From NCBI GenBank assembly GCA_963767925.1, contig CAVYGB010000002.1, forward strand, positions 2,080,001 through 2,144,000: 64,000 bases of DNA, read 5' to 3'. Shown here in pieces: positions 10,030 to 20,031 of this stretch. Within the stretch, counting starts at the first letter, position 1. The number at the start of each line of letters is the position of its first letter. The DNA is from an uncultured delta proteobacterium. GTDB lineage: Bacteria > Myxococcota_A > Polyangia > Fen-1088. The notes under the pieces are model-generated. The model saw only the letters and a list, made by a program, of their open reading frames with translations, did no database searches and had not been told where the DNA came from. The position numbers and the translations under genes are program-made.

Positions 10030-10887
10030 ATGAGCCCCAGACGATCGCTGCCTGCCCGCCCCGGAGCCCGCTCGCTCGCCCTCGCGCTGCTGCTCGCGGC
10101 CGGGCTGGCGGCGCCCACCTGTGCCACCCCCGCCGCGTCGCCGCCGCCCCCGGCGACCATGAAGGCGCCGCCCGCGCCGGCGCAAGCGGCCGAGGCCCCC
10201 GTTGCTCCGGCGCCTGCGGCGTCCCAGCCGGCGCCCGCCGCCGCCGAGCCCGAGGCGAGCGTGCATCCCGGCGCGAACGACCAGTACCTGCGCGCCGACA
10301 TGGACGTCAACGACTGGCTCCAGCGCTTCGAGCGCGGGGGCCGGGAGATCTTCGACCACCGCCAGGCCATCCTCGCCGCCACCGGGGTCGCCGCCGGCTC
10401 GGAGGTCGCCGACGTGGGCGCCGGCACGGGGCTGTTCTCGCGGCTGTTCGCCCGGACGGTGGGCCCCACCGGCCGGGTCTACGCGGTCGACATCGTGCCG
10501 AAGTTCCTGCGCCACATCGAAGACGAGAACAAGCGCCTCGGCATCCGCAACATCACCGCGGTCAAGGGGACCGAGCGCGCCGCCGCCTTGCCCCCCGAGA
10601 GCGTGGACCTGGTCTTCCTGTGCGACTCGTACCACCACTTCGAATACCCCCGGGCCATGAACGCCTCGCTGCTGCAGGCCCTGCGCCCGGGCGGCACCTT
10701 GATGTTGATCGACTTCCGCCGCGAGCCCGGCAAGAGCCCGGGCTGGATCCTCGAGCACGTGCGCGCCGGCCAGGAGGTCTTCAGCGCCGAGCTGCAGGCG
10801 GCGGGCTTCGAGAAGCTCGGGGAGACGCCGCCCGTGCTCGAGGAGAACTACATCGTGCGCTTCCGAAAGCCCGCCCGCCCGAACTGA
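10030..10887 (+). CDS. Class I SAM-dependent methyltransferase with signal/lipoprotein-like N-terminus
   Basis: VADVGAGTG, VYAVDI, DSYHHFEYP and ALRPGG motifs. Confidence 0.9.
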   Translation: MSPRRSLPARPGARSLALALLLAAGLAAPTCATPAASPPPPATMKAPPAPAQAAEAPVAPAPAASQPAPAAAEPEASVHPGANDQYLRADMDVNDWLQRFERGGREIFDHRQAILAATGVAAGSEVADVGAGTGLFSRLFARTVGPTGRVYAVDIVPKFLRHIEDENKRLGIRNITAVKGTERAAALPPESVDLVFLCDSYHHFEYPRAMNASLLQALRPGGTLMLIDFRREPGKSPGWILEHVRAGQEVFSAELQAAGFEKLGETPPVLEENYIVRFRKPARPN

Positions 10888-10914
10888 GGCGCCCGTCCGC
10901 GGGGCGCGCGCCGC

Positions 10915-13642
10915 TCAGCCGGTGTTGCGCATGCCCGCGGCGATGCCGTTGACCGTGACCAGCAGGGCGTCGGACAGGCGGGGGTCCTCGTCGGTGCGGG
11001 TGCGGCGGAGCAGCTCGGCCTGCAGCAGGTTCAGCGGGTCGACGTAGGGGTTGCGCAGCTCGATGGTGCGGGCCAGATCCGGCTGATCGGCCAGCAGCCG
11101 CGTCTCCCCCTTGGTCGACAGCACCGCCTCGAGCGTGCGCCGGGCCTTGCCCCGCAGCTCCTGGCCGAGCGGCCGCAGCTCGTCGGGCACCAGCACCCGG
11201 TCGTAATAGGCGGCGATGTCGGGATCGGCCTTCGCCAGCACCATGTCGAGCAGGTCGAGCACCGAGCGAAAGAACGGCCACTCCTGGGCCAGCGTCTGCA
11301 GCGCCCCCTCTCGGCCCTCCTCGAACAGGGCGGTGAGCGCCTCGCCCGCGCCCAGCCAGGCCGGCAGGTGCAGCCGGGTCTGCGTCCAGGCGAAGATCCA
11401 GGGGATGGCCCGCAGGTTCGACAGGCCGTCGAGCCCGGCCTGCCGCCGGGCCGGCCGGCTGCCGATGTTGAGCCGCCCCAGCTCGCGCACGGGGGTCGCC
11501 GTCTCGAAGTAGCGGATGAAGGCCGGGTCGGACTGCACCACCCGCCGGTAGGCGCTGGCCGCCAGCGCGGCCAGCCGATCCATCAGCGCCCGCTGCTCGG
11601 GCCCGGGCGCCGCCGGCGGCCGCAAGGTCGCCTCCAGGGTGGCGTTGCCGTACAGCTCGAAGCTCTCCACCGCGATCTCGTGCTTGCCGAAGGAGGCCTC
11701 CACCATCTCGCCCTGCACGGTCACGCGCAGGCGGCCGTCGACCGATCCGGGCGGCTGCGACAGCACCGACAGGTAGATGGGCCCGCCCCCGCGGCCGATG
11801 GTGCCGCCCCGGCCGTGAAACAGCGTCAGCCGCACCCCCGCCGCCCGGCACACCTCGACCACGTCCTCCTGGGCCCGGTAGAGCGCCCAGGCGGCGGCCA
11901 GCCGCCCGGCGTCCTTGCCCGAGTCCGAGTAGCCGATCATCACCTCCTGGTGGCCGCCGATCAGGCGGCGGTAGATCGGCACCTCGAGCAGCCCGGCGAT
12001 GACCTTGCCCGCGCGCTCGAGGTCGGCCAGCGTCTCGAACAGCGGCACCACCCGCAGCGGCTCGGTCATCCCCGCCTCGCGCTGGAAGAGCTGCACCAGC
12101 AGCACGTCCGAGGGGGCGCTGGCCATCGAGATGACGTAGGCCCCCAGGCCCCCTTCGGGCTGGCGGCAGCAGGCGGCCAGCGTGCCGAGGATGTCCTGCA
12201 AGGCCGGGTCGTCGGGGAGCTGGCGGGGGAGCAGCGGGCGGGGCGAGGCCAGCTCGCGGGTCAGGAACGCCACCCGCTGGTCCTCGTTCCAGTCGAGGTA
12301 GCTGCCCAGGCCCAGCGCGCGCGTGACCGCGTCCATGGCCCGGGCGTGCACCTTGGCCTCCTGCCGCAGGTCCAGCCGGGTGAGCGGTGAGCCCCAGCGC
12401 CGCCACCCGCCGCAGCAGATCGAGCAGCCGCCCGTCGGCCACGCTGCCCGCGCCGCTGGCCTGCAGCGAGCGGTGACACAGGGACAGCGGCCCCCACAGC
12501 TCGCGCGGATCGAGGTAGGGCTCGGCCGCCTGCTCCACCCAGGCGTGCTGATCGCGCCGCCGCGAGTGGGGCAAGGTGGTCTGCCCGTGCAGCTCGCGGA
12601 GCTGCCCCTCGCAGTGGGCGCGGGTGGCGCGCAGGCGGGCCATCACCTCGCGCAGGAGCACGCGGTAGGGCTCGCCGGCCTCGCCCACCCGGGCGCGCAG
12701 CTCCGGGCTGGCCCGGGTCATCGACAGCTCGTCGTGCAGCCGCTCGACCTCGCGCAGGTACAGCTCGGCCGCCTGCCAGCGCGCCAGCAGGCAGACCTCG
12801 GCGGTGACCGCCGCCGTGACGTGGGGGTTGCCGTCGCGGTCGCCGCCCATCCAGGAGCCGAAGCGCACCGGGGCCGCGTCGAGCGGCAACCCCTTGCCGG
12901 TGGCGTCGAGCAGCGCCCGATCCAGCTCGCGCAGGTAGGCGGGCAGGGCGTCCCACAGGATCTGATCGAACAGCACCAGCCCGGCCCGGGCCTCGTCGAC
13001 CGGGGTGGGGCGCCGGCGCCGCAGCTCATCGGTCTGCCAGATGGCCTGGATCTCGCGCCGCAGGTCCTGCGTCGCCGCCGCCCGCTCCTCGGGCAGCAGG
13101 TCGGGCCGGTCGCGCGTCGCCAGCGTCTCGGCGATGCGCCGGTGCTTCTCCAGCAAGGTCCGGCGCGACGCCTGGGTGGGGTGGGCGGTCAGCACCAGCT
13201 CCACGTGCAGCGCGCCCACCGCCTCGTGCAGCCGCTCGGGCGGCACCCCGCCTTGCAGGAACCGGGAGAAGGCCTCGGCGATGGCCCCGCTGGCCCCCGG
13301 CGCGCGCAGGCGCTGGCGCCGCAGCCGCACCCGGTGCTGCTGCTCGGCGATGTTGGTGAGCGCCAGGAAGTGGGCGAAGGCCCGGGCCAGCGGCATCGCC
13401 TCGGGCACGGTCAGCGACCCCAGCAGCGTCCGCAGCGCCTCCGCCGCCTCCGCCCCGCCGGCGCGGGCCTGCTTGGCCAGGGCCCGCACCCGCTCCACCA
13501 GCGTGTACAGCGCGGGGCCCTCCTGGGCGCGCAGGGTCTCGCCCAGCAGATCGCCCAGCAGGCGCACGTCCTCGCGCAGCCGCTCGTGGATGTCTAGAGG
13601 AACGACTTGGGCTGCCCCGTTGCCTCGATGACCGACATCCAT
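10915..13642 (-). CDS. ppc: Phosphoenolpyruvate carboxylase, split by one +1 frameshift near 12386
   Basis: VLTAHPTQ, SWMGGDRDGNP, VPLFETLADL, QEVMIGYSDSGKDAG, LFHGRGGTIGRGG and C-terminal GMRNTG. Removing one base near 12386 restores LGLTLTRLDLRQE. Confidence 0.92.
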
Positions 13643-15059
13643 AGATCGTCCGTGGGAATGACTTGCTTGCGGCTGCGGGTGGCCAGCGCCATGGGGACGT
13701 GCACGAACCGCCCGTGCCAGCGTCCTATCAGCATTTCGGTGTTCCCCGCCATCGCCGCGTGGACCGCGTTGCGGGCCATGTTCCAGCAGTAGACGCTGTC
13801 GGAGGGCGAGGCGGGGACGCTGCGAATCGTGTAGCTCGGGTCGATGTACTTGAGGGTGAGCGGCCGCCCCAGCCGCCGGAAGTGGGCCGTGATGGCGTCG
13901 CGCAGGAACACGCCGACGTCCTTGAGCTTCGTGTTGCCGCTGCGATCGCAGGCCTCGCCGCCGGCGCCGGGCGCCTCGAGCAAGCTCCTGGCCCGCCCCC
14001 TCCGCCACCACGATCACCGCGTGCCCGCGCCGCTCGAGCAGCCGTTCGAGGTAGCGCAACATGCCCCCCTCGCCCTCGAGCCGGGCGGCGATCTCGGGGA
14101 TGACGACCAGGTCGACGTCGGTCGAGGCCAGCGCCGCGTGGCAGGCGACGAAGCCCGAGTGCCGCCCCATCACCTTCACCAGCCCGATGCCGTTGTGGGC
14201 CCCCGTCGCCTCGACCCGCGCCGCCCGGATGACGTCCACCGCCGCCGAAAACGCGCTCTCGAACCCGAAGCTGCGGTCGATGAAGTGGATGTCGTTGTCG
14301 ATGGTCTTGGGCACCCCGACGACGGCGATCTTGAGCCCGCGCCGGGCCATCTCCGCCGTGAGCTGCATGGCCCCCCGGATGGTCCCGTCGCCGCCGACCA
14401 CGAACAGCACGTCGATGCCCGAGCGCCTCGAGGTTGTCGACGATCTCGCCCGGGTCCTGCGAGCCGCGCGACGAGCCGAGGATGGTGCCGCCCTGGTGGT
14501 GGATGTGCGCCACCGACTCGGGCGTGAGGATCATGGGGTGGTGGCCGAAGCGGGCCAGCAGCCCCTCGAACCCGTAGCGCAGCCCCAGGATGTGGCGGAC
14601 CCCGTAGCCATGCGCCAGCTCGAGCACCAGCCCGCGCACGACGTTGTTGAGCCCCGGGCACAGCCCGCCGCAGGTGACGATCCCGGCCCGCAGCGTCCGG
14701 GGATCGAAGAAGATCTTGTTGCGCGGCCCCGCCAGCTCGAACGCCGGCAGCGCCCCGAGCTGCCCCGCGTGGGCCCCCAGGCTCGACAGGCAATCGTCGA
14801 CCAGCACCTTGTCCGCCTCGCCCACGAAGTGCATCGCGTTCTCACCGAGGTGCGCCGCCACCGGCGAAGCCAGCCGGCACTTGCCCAGGTCCCGGATCGC
14901 GACATCCTCCACCCTGATCCGCCGCAGCCCCCGCGCGCCCCCGTCCGCGCCAGCCGCAGCCGCCGCCGCCGCCTCGGCCCGGCCCGTCGATCCACCCGGC
15001 ACCGGGTAAACCACGGTCCCGAGCTCGGACTCCGCTTCAGCTTCTATTCCCCCAGCCAT
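13594..15059 (-). CDS. pfkA: ATP-dependent 6-phosphofructokinase, split by two +1 frameshifts (~14419 and ~13982)
   Basis: TCGGLCPGLN, GGTILGSSRG, GGDGT, PKTIDND, MGRHSG and KYIDPSYTIRS are spread over three consecutive frames. Confidence 0.9.
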
Positions 15060-15209
15060 GAGAACGTGCGCCCAGACTGCGACCCTACTCCCCCCACGTT
15101 TCCACCACCTTTCCAGCTAAGAAAATCGCCGTAACCGCCCTGGCGGGAACGCGAGAGCAGACCCAGCCCCGGACGCCCCCGAGCCCTTCGCCCCCCCCAC
15201 CGCCCGTTC

Positions 15210-15247
15210 GCCCTCGCCCCGCGGAGCGGGGAGAGGGAGGGTGAGGG
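15210..15247 (-). repeat. REP-like palindromic element (second copy)
   Basis: Its reverse complement, CCCTCACCCTCCCTCTCCCCGCTCCGCGGGGCGAGGGC, matches 4117-4157. Confidence 0.65.
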
Positions 15248-15304
15248 TCTCCGCATCAACCGTTCGGCGCTCGAGGAGCCGCCGTGCCTGGGCCCAGGAC
15301 CCGC

Positions 15305-15754
15305 CTAGTCGATGGAGATCCCTCCGCCGACGCGGCGGTACACCTGGAAGTTGCGAAACCGCGACCCGTCCGGCCGCGGCCCCTCCTGCACCACCGCCAG
15401 CAGCTCGCCGTCGATCGAGGCCACCCGCCGCGCATAAGCCACCGTGGCCCCCTTCCGCAGGGCCTCGCTATCGAGCGTCCGCTCATCGACCCGCGTGATG
15501 GAGAACGAATCCGGCCCCGGGCCCGACTCCCCCGCCCGCGCCAGCACCACCGGCTTGCCATCCGTCGGCCCGCCGAACGTCGTCGCGTGCTCCGTGCCTC
15601 CCTCCTCCATCGTCCAGCGGATCGAGACCTCCACGCCCCCCTCGTCCCCCGGCGCAATCTCGTACCGCCCCCCCGCCGGCGCCTCCCCGTGATCGTAGAG
15701 CGACAGCTCGGGCACCAGCTCCCAGCTCCCGTAGAAGGCATCCTGCTCGGCCAT
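15305..15754 (-). CDS. Hypothetical protein (lipocalin-like beta-barrel pattern)
   Basis: ORF MAEQDAFYGSWELVPE...NFQVYRR with a G-x-W N-terminal motif and alternating beta strands. Confidence 0.65.
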   Translation of the reverse strand: MAEQDAFYGSWELVPELSLYDHGEAPAGGRYEIAPGDEGGVEVSIRWTMEEGGTEHATTFGGPTDGKPVVLARAGESGPGPDSFSITRVDERTLDSEALRKGATVAYARRVASIDGELLAVVQEGPRPDGSRFRNFQVYRRVGGGISID

Positions 15755-15889
15755 ACGCCGCAGTCTACCCCGACTCAGGCCCCCCGAACCGCGACGACCG
15801 CCGCGCCAGGCGGTCACGGCGGCGGCAGCGTCTCCTACCGTCGGCGCGACTCCCGTCGTGGTCGGCGGTGGCGCAAGCGTTGCGAGCCC

Positions 15890-16160
15890 GCTGCTCGACG
15901 GAGCCGGGGTCGTCGAAGGCCCGGGCCCCGCATCGGGCGCGGGTCAGAGGATGAGGTACACGCTGCTCGACGGAGCCGCGGTAGTCGAGGCCCCGGGCCC
16001 CGCATCCGGCGCGGGTCAGAGAATGAGGTACACCCCGCCGAGCACCACCACCGCCGCACCCGCCGCCGCCGCCGCCAGCGGCCATTTCGATCAGAGAATG
16101 AGGTACATCCCGCCGATCACCACCACCGCCGCACCCGCCGCCGCCGCCAGCAGCCACTTG
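15890..16160. repeat. Imperfect 72-75 bp tandem repeats at the kinase 3' end
   Basis: TCAGAG(A/G)ATGAGGTACA recurs at 15944, 16016 and 16091 with duplicated flanks. Confidence 0.85.
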
Positions 16161-17115
16161 CGGGTCGCCCGGGGTGAGGCGGGCGCCGCGGACGCGGCGT
16201 CCATGAGCTCCTCGATTGGCCGCCCGGCGAACACCCCGTCGAACGCGTCCTTGAGCTCGTCCACCGAAGCCCAGCGGCGCGCGGGATCTTTCTCCAGGCA
16301 CCGGCGCGCGATGAAGTCGAGCTGCCGTCCGATCGGATCCGCCAGCACCGGCCGCGGCGTCGGACGCGGCGGATCCATCTCCAGCTCCACCATCAGCTCG
16401 CTGAGGTTCCGCCCCCCGAACGGCGGCCGCCCGCACAGCACCTGGTAGAGCACCACCCCGAACGAATAGATGTCCGTGCGGCGGTCGACCTCCTTGCCGA
16501 ACGCCTGCTCGGGCGCGAGGTAAGCCGGCGTGTTGATCGACGTGTCCTCGTCGGGCCCCCAGCGATCCTCCGACGCCCGCGAAGCCGTCACCGACCGACC
16601 CAGCCCCGCCCCCAGCACCTTCACCCCCGTGTCCCCATCCCCCGTCAGGAGGATGTTCTCCGGCTTCAAGTCCCCATGCACGAGCTGCACCTGGTGCACC
16701 GCCCGCAAAGCATCGAGCACGGGCCCCAGCACCGCCCCGATCCGCCGCATGGGCAACGTCTTCTCCGCCCCCAGCACCCGCGACAGCGGCCGCCCCTCGA
16801 CAAGCTCCATCACGATCGCGGACACCGCCCCCGCCTCCCGCCCCTCGATCAGATCCGTCACCGCCACGAGATGCGGATTGTTCAGCTCCCCCAGCGCCCG
16901 CATCTCCGAGAACAGCCGCTGCACCGCCCCGAAAGCCGCCGTCCGCGCCGCCGGCAAGATCCGCATCGCCCCCTTCCCCCCCGCTCCACATCCTCCACCT
17001 CATAAACCAACCCATTCGCCCGCCCCCCCATCAACCGCACCAACCGGTACCCCCCCACCCGGTCCCCCGCAACGCGCTCGTCGTCCCACGCTCCATCGCC
17101 CATCCCCCTGATCAT
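16091..17115 (-). CDS. Ser/Thr kinase-like protein (probable pseudokinase), frameshift in G tracts at ~16968-16982
   Basis: GGYRLVRLMGG N-lobe in one frame; HGDLKPEN, TPAYLAPE, DIYSFG and a TM helix in the next. DFG is replaced by GAG. Confidence 0.8.
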
Positions 17116-17623
17116 CGTCTGTTCCACCAAAGAATTGGTGCCCAAAAGCCCCAACCCCGCCGCGAGGTGCGCCGATGTACCGCCGCCGCTGCCGCCCGGA
17201 GCCCGACTCCAGGTGCGGTGGTGTACCCGGCGCCGCTGCAGCTCAAAACCGAAGGCCGGCTACACCAGGCGGCGATGTGCTCGCCCGCCGCACCCACCCG
17301 CCGTCTCGCGTCTCCCGACCGTTGCTTTGCCTTCGGCTCTGCGGATCGAACAAGCGCCCGCGATCCGCTCGCTTCGCCATGCTCGCGAGGGTTACGCTTC
17401 AATCAGACCTACCTGAGTGCGCTTCCGCGGAAAGATCACGGCTGACCGCCTGCCTCCGGCGTCCGGCGATCGAGGATGCCGGCTGACGGGTGGGCAATCA
17501 GGCCATTCCTCCGCCGAGCTCGGAGGAGATGAGCCACAAGGGACGAGGGCTGCGCGAACGGTCCAACACTCGACGCTGGGGATCGCGTCACAGGCCATAA
17601 AAAGCACAGCTGTAGAATCTTAT

Positions 17624-17652
17624 TTGACGCTGCCTGAACGTTTGTATAGTCT
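17624..17652 (+). promoter_or_regulatory. Putative sigma70 promoter overlapped by a Myxococcus-type LexA-box-like site
   Basis: TTGACG-17 bp-TAGTCT. CTGAACGTTTGTATAG (17634-17649) reads CTATACAAACGTTCAG on the other strand, close to the M. xanthus LexA consensus CTRHAMRYBYGTTCAGS. Confidence 0.5.
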
Positions 17653-17658
17653 TGCGAT

Positions 17659-18192
17659 GTGGCGACAGCGGATGAGCTGGCCGACGAGATCGCTTCCCTC
17701 GCTTACGCCAAGGTCCGGGCGCTGACCCGCGTCGCCACCCCCGAAAAACGAGCAGCGCCTCCTCGATCTCGCCAACCACGCGACCGGCGCCCAGCTCGAG
17801 AAGATCTGCCGGGCGTACCCGGCAGGTAGCGAGCTCCTTGCTGGAGGAGGGCCGCTGGTCGAAGAACGTTCGGTGTACGAGCGCCTTCACCCCGGCGGCA
17901 TGGTCCGTCTCGAGCTGGTGCTCCATCCCGGCGAGGCGGCGCTGGTTCGCCAGGCAATCGATAAGGCACGCGACGGCTTGCGTGAACGCCGTCGGAGCGA
18001 AGCCCACCCGATCGGTGTCGTGCCTGCCCAGGCCGGTCCCGGTGAACGGTCCGACGCCCGAGCTTCCTCCGTTTCGCCGGATGTGCCGGACGCCGGCACC
18101 GTTGCTGGATCGGCGGTACCCGGGGCCACCCGCTTTCTCCACAGCCACCACGTGCAGCACTGGATGGCCGGCGGCGAGACCAAGCTGAGCGC
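17659..18192 (+). pseudogene. Degraded DUF222/HNH endonuclease gene
   Basis: Fragments across frameshifts and deletions: ELADEIASLA, YAKVRALTRVATP, LLDLANHATGAQLEKICRAY, GMVRLELVLHPGEAALV and LHSHHVQHWMAGGETKLS. Confidence 0.75.
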
Positions 18193-18234
18193 AACCAATC
18201 CCCGCCGCCCAGCAGATCGTGAACGCCCAGGAGA

Positions 18235-18386
18235 GTCACCTTCGCACCCCGACGCGACAGCCAGGCCGAGACGTACGCCGTCCCATACCCGAACTCGACG
18301 ACATCCTTGCCATCCAGGTCGTCGGGCAAGATATGAAGCTCGGTCTCGGGAACTGCGAAGATGCCCCACGTGATCTCGTCGGTAGC
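18235..18386 (-). pseudogene. Class I SAM methyltransferase fragment
   Basis: EITWGIFAVPETELHILPDDLDGKDVVEFGYGTAYVSAWLSRRGAKV, with no intact start or C-terminus. Confidence 0.65.
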
Positions 18387-18693
18387 CCCGGCTCGGCGGC
18401 CAGCAGGGCAAGGTGATCTACGACGGCTCTTCGATTTCTAGCCAGCAGTTCGGTTGCCGCAATTGGCAGCAGCCCAAGGCCATCAGGATCGCCCGGTCCC
18501 CGCCGCGGACCTCAGCCGTACCGGAAGCAGGTCGAGGCCAAGGCGCGGAACATGAGCGTCGGTCTCGGCCGCCGCTTTTTGCGCTAGTGCGTCCCAATGT
18601 CCATCAGGGCATCTTGGCCAAGCAAATTCGGGAGATCTGTTTCGTCTTCCGGATAGGTGGCGCCATCCTGGCCAGGATTCAAAGGGAGGTCAT

Positions 18694-19998
18694 TTGCTAA
18701 AAGAGGATGCAATCGTGACTATCCAGGGTGAGTGTTCCCTTGATGGGGACGCCATCCCTGCAGCCTCTGTCGATGCATCACTTCTGCGCTATCCGAAGGA
18801 AGCGAGTGAACGGCACGGAGCGGACGGTTACCGGCGGCGAGGTTTCGACCTCACGCCCGCTGCGACAGCTCACCGTCACTCGACGCGCATATCTGGGGCG
18901 GCCGACCGCATCCGAGATTGGTTGCTGAGCGACGAAGTGCAGATCCGCGGCGGCGATCACGATGGCGGCGTGCTGGGATGGGTCTCGAAGAACATGGAGG
19001 AACGCTTCGTGTATCCCGAGATCATGGGCTACTACCTGACCGGGCTGGCTTTTGTCGCCGAAGAAGACGGCCGCTGGGCTGATCGCTGCGCTGAACGCGC
19101 CGGCCGCGCTCTGGACTGGCTGCGTCGCCGTCGGGGAGGGTGGCTGACCCGGCACTACCTGATGTCGTCGAGCAACAAAGACTGGAGGAACTGCGCCGTC
19201 TTCAGTTTCGACCTGGGAATGCTCCTGGGAGGCATCGGTCACTGGGTCCCTTCGCACGAAGTCGGTGCTCGGGCTGCCGAGATACAGGCGGTCGTGCTGA
19301 GAGAGCTCGACTTGATATCGCCCGTCCGCGGCTTGCTCGGTTCCCACACTCTCCGGGCGGGCCACGATGAGCAGGCCTTGCCTCGTCGCTGGTCCACGGT
19401 GCCCGGGCCCCACCATGTCAAGGTCGCGGCCAACGTCGATCTGAGTCGGCCTGCACACCCTCGGCTGCTGGCGCTCGCGGAACGAACCAGGGAGCACTGG
19501 ACCAACATCATGGCCGCAGATCACGGGTCGATAGAGGTGCACCCGGTCCTGTACTTCTTGGAGGGTCTGGTGCTGCACGCGAGTGCCACGGCCGGAGAGT
19601 TACCCCTTGACCTGTTGGATGCCATCCTGTCCCGGATCCTCACCGGCCAGCATGCAGAGGGCGATCTGGCCGAGCGAGCCAACCCGCGTGGCGGGTTGCG
19701 CCGTGCGGATGTGACGGCACAGGCGCTGAGGTTGTGCGCGATCATCCTCGCGCGGAACAAGCGGCCGGGACACGGCACGCTGCCGGGTCAAGCTCGGAGC
19801 CTGTGCGCCGCGCTCCTGGATCGCTACCTCCACGAGGGCGGCGGGGTGACCAGCTTCCCTTCCCGCGACGACGGCAGCGGCGCGGGAAATCCACCCAACG
19901 TTTGGACGACAATCTTCAGCTATCAGGCGCTGCGACTGTACGAGTCCGTGCTCCGTCGGGCGGTGGTGCCGCCGGCGCTGGTCCGGCTCCTGGCTTGA
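18694..19998 (+). CDS. Hypothetical protein, probable (alpha/alpha)6 barrel; start uncertain
   Basis: Helical ORF with YPEIMGYYLT, FSFDLGMLL, HPVLYFLEGL, RADVTAQALRL and NVWTTIF; it is the first gene of the operon. Confidence 0.65.
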   Translation: MLKEDAIVTIQGECSLDGDAIPAASVDASLLRYPKEASERHGADGYRRRGFDLTPAATAHRHSTRISGAADRIRDWLLSDEVQIRGGDHDGGVLGWVSKNMEERFVYPEIMGYYLTGLAFVAEEDGRWADRCAERAGRALDWLRRRRGGWLTRHYLMSSSNKDWRNCAVFSFDLGMLLGGIGHWVPSHEVGARAAEIQAVVLRELDLISPVRGLLGSHTLRAGHDEQALPRRWSTVPGPHHVKVAANVDLSRPAHPRLLALAERTREHWTNIMAADHGSIEVHPVLYFLEGLVLHASATAGELPLDLLDAILSRILTGQHAEGDLAERANPRGGLRRADVTAQALRLCAIILARNKRPGHGTLPGQARSLCAALLDRYLHEGGGVTSFPSRDDGSGAGNPPNVWTTIFSYQALRLYESVLRRAVVPPALVRLLA

Positions 19999-20031
19999 CG
20001 CCGGTCTGACGAGGCTCCACGCGGACCTGAG

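Noticed and set aside
10781..14410. 1209-aa Pfk-Ppc fusion ORF from the track
   Set aside because: It is an artefact of the frameshifts; motif analysis resolves two separate genes.
15890..16160. CRISPR array from the regularly spaced 17-bp repeats
   Set aside because: Only three units, the spacers are duplicates of one another and of coding sequence, and no cas genes are present.
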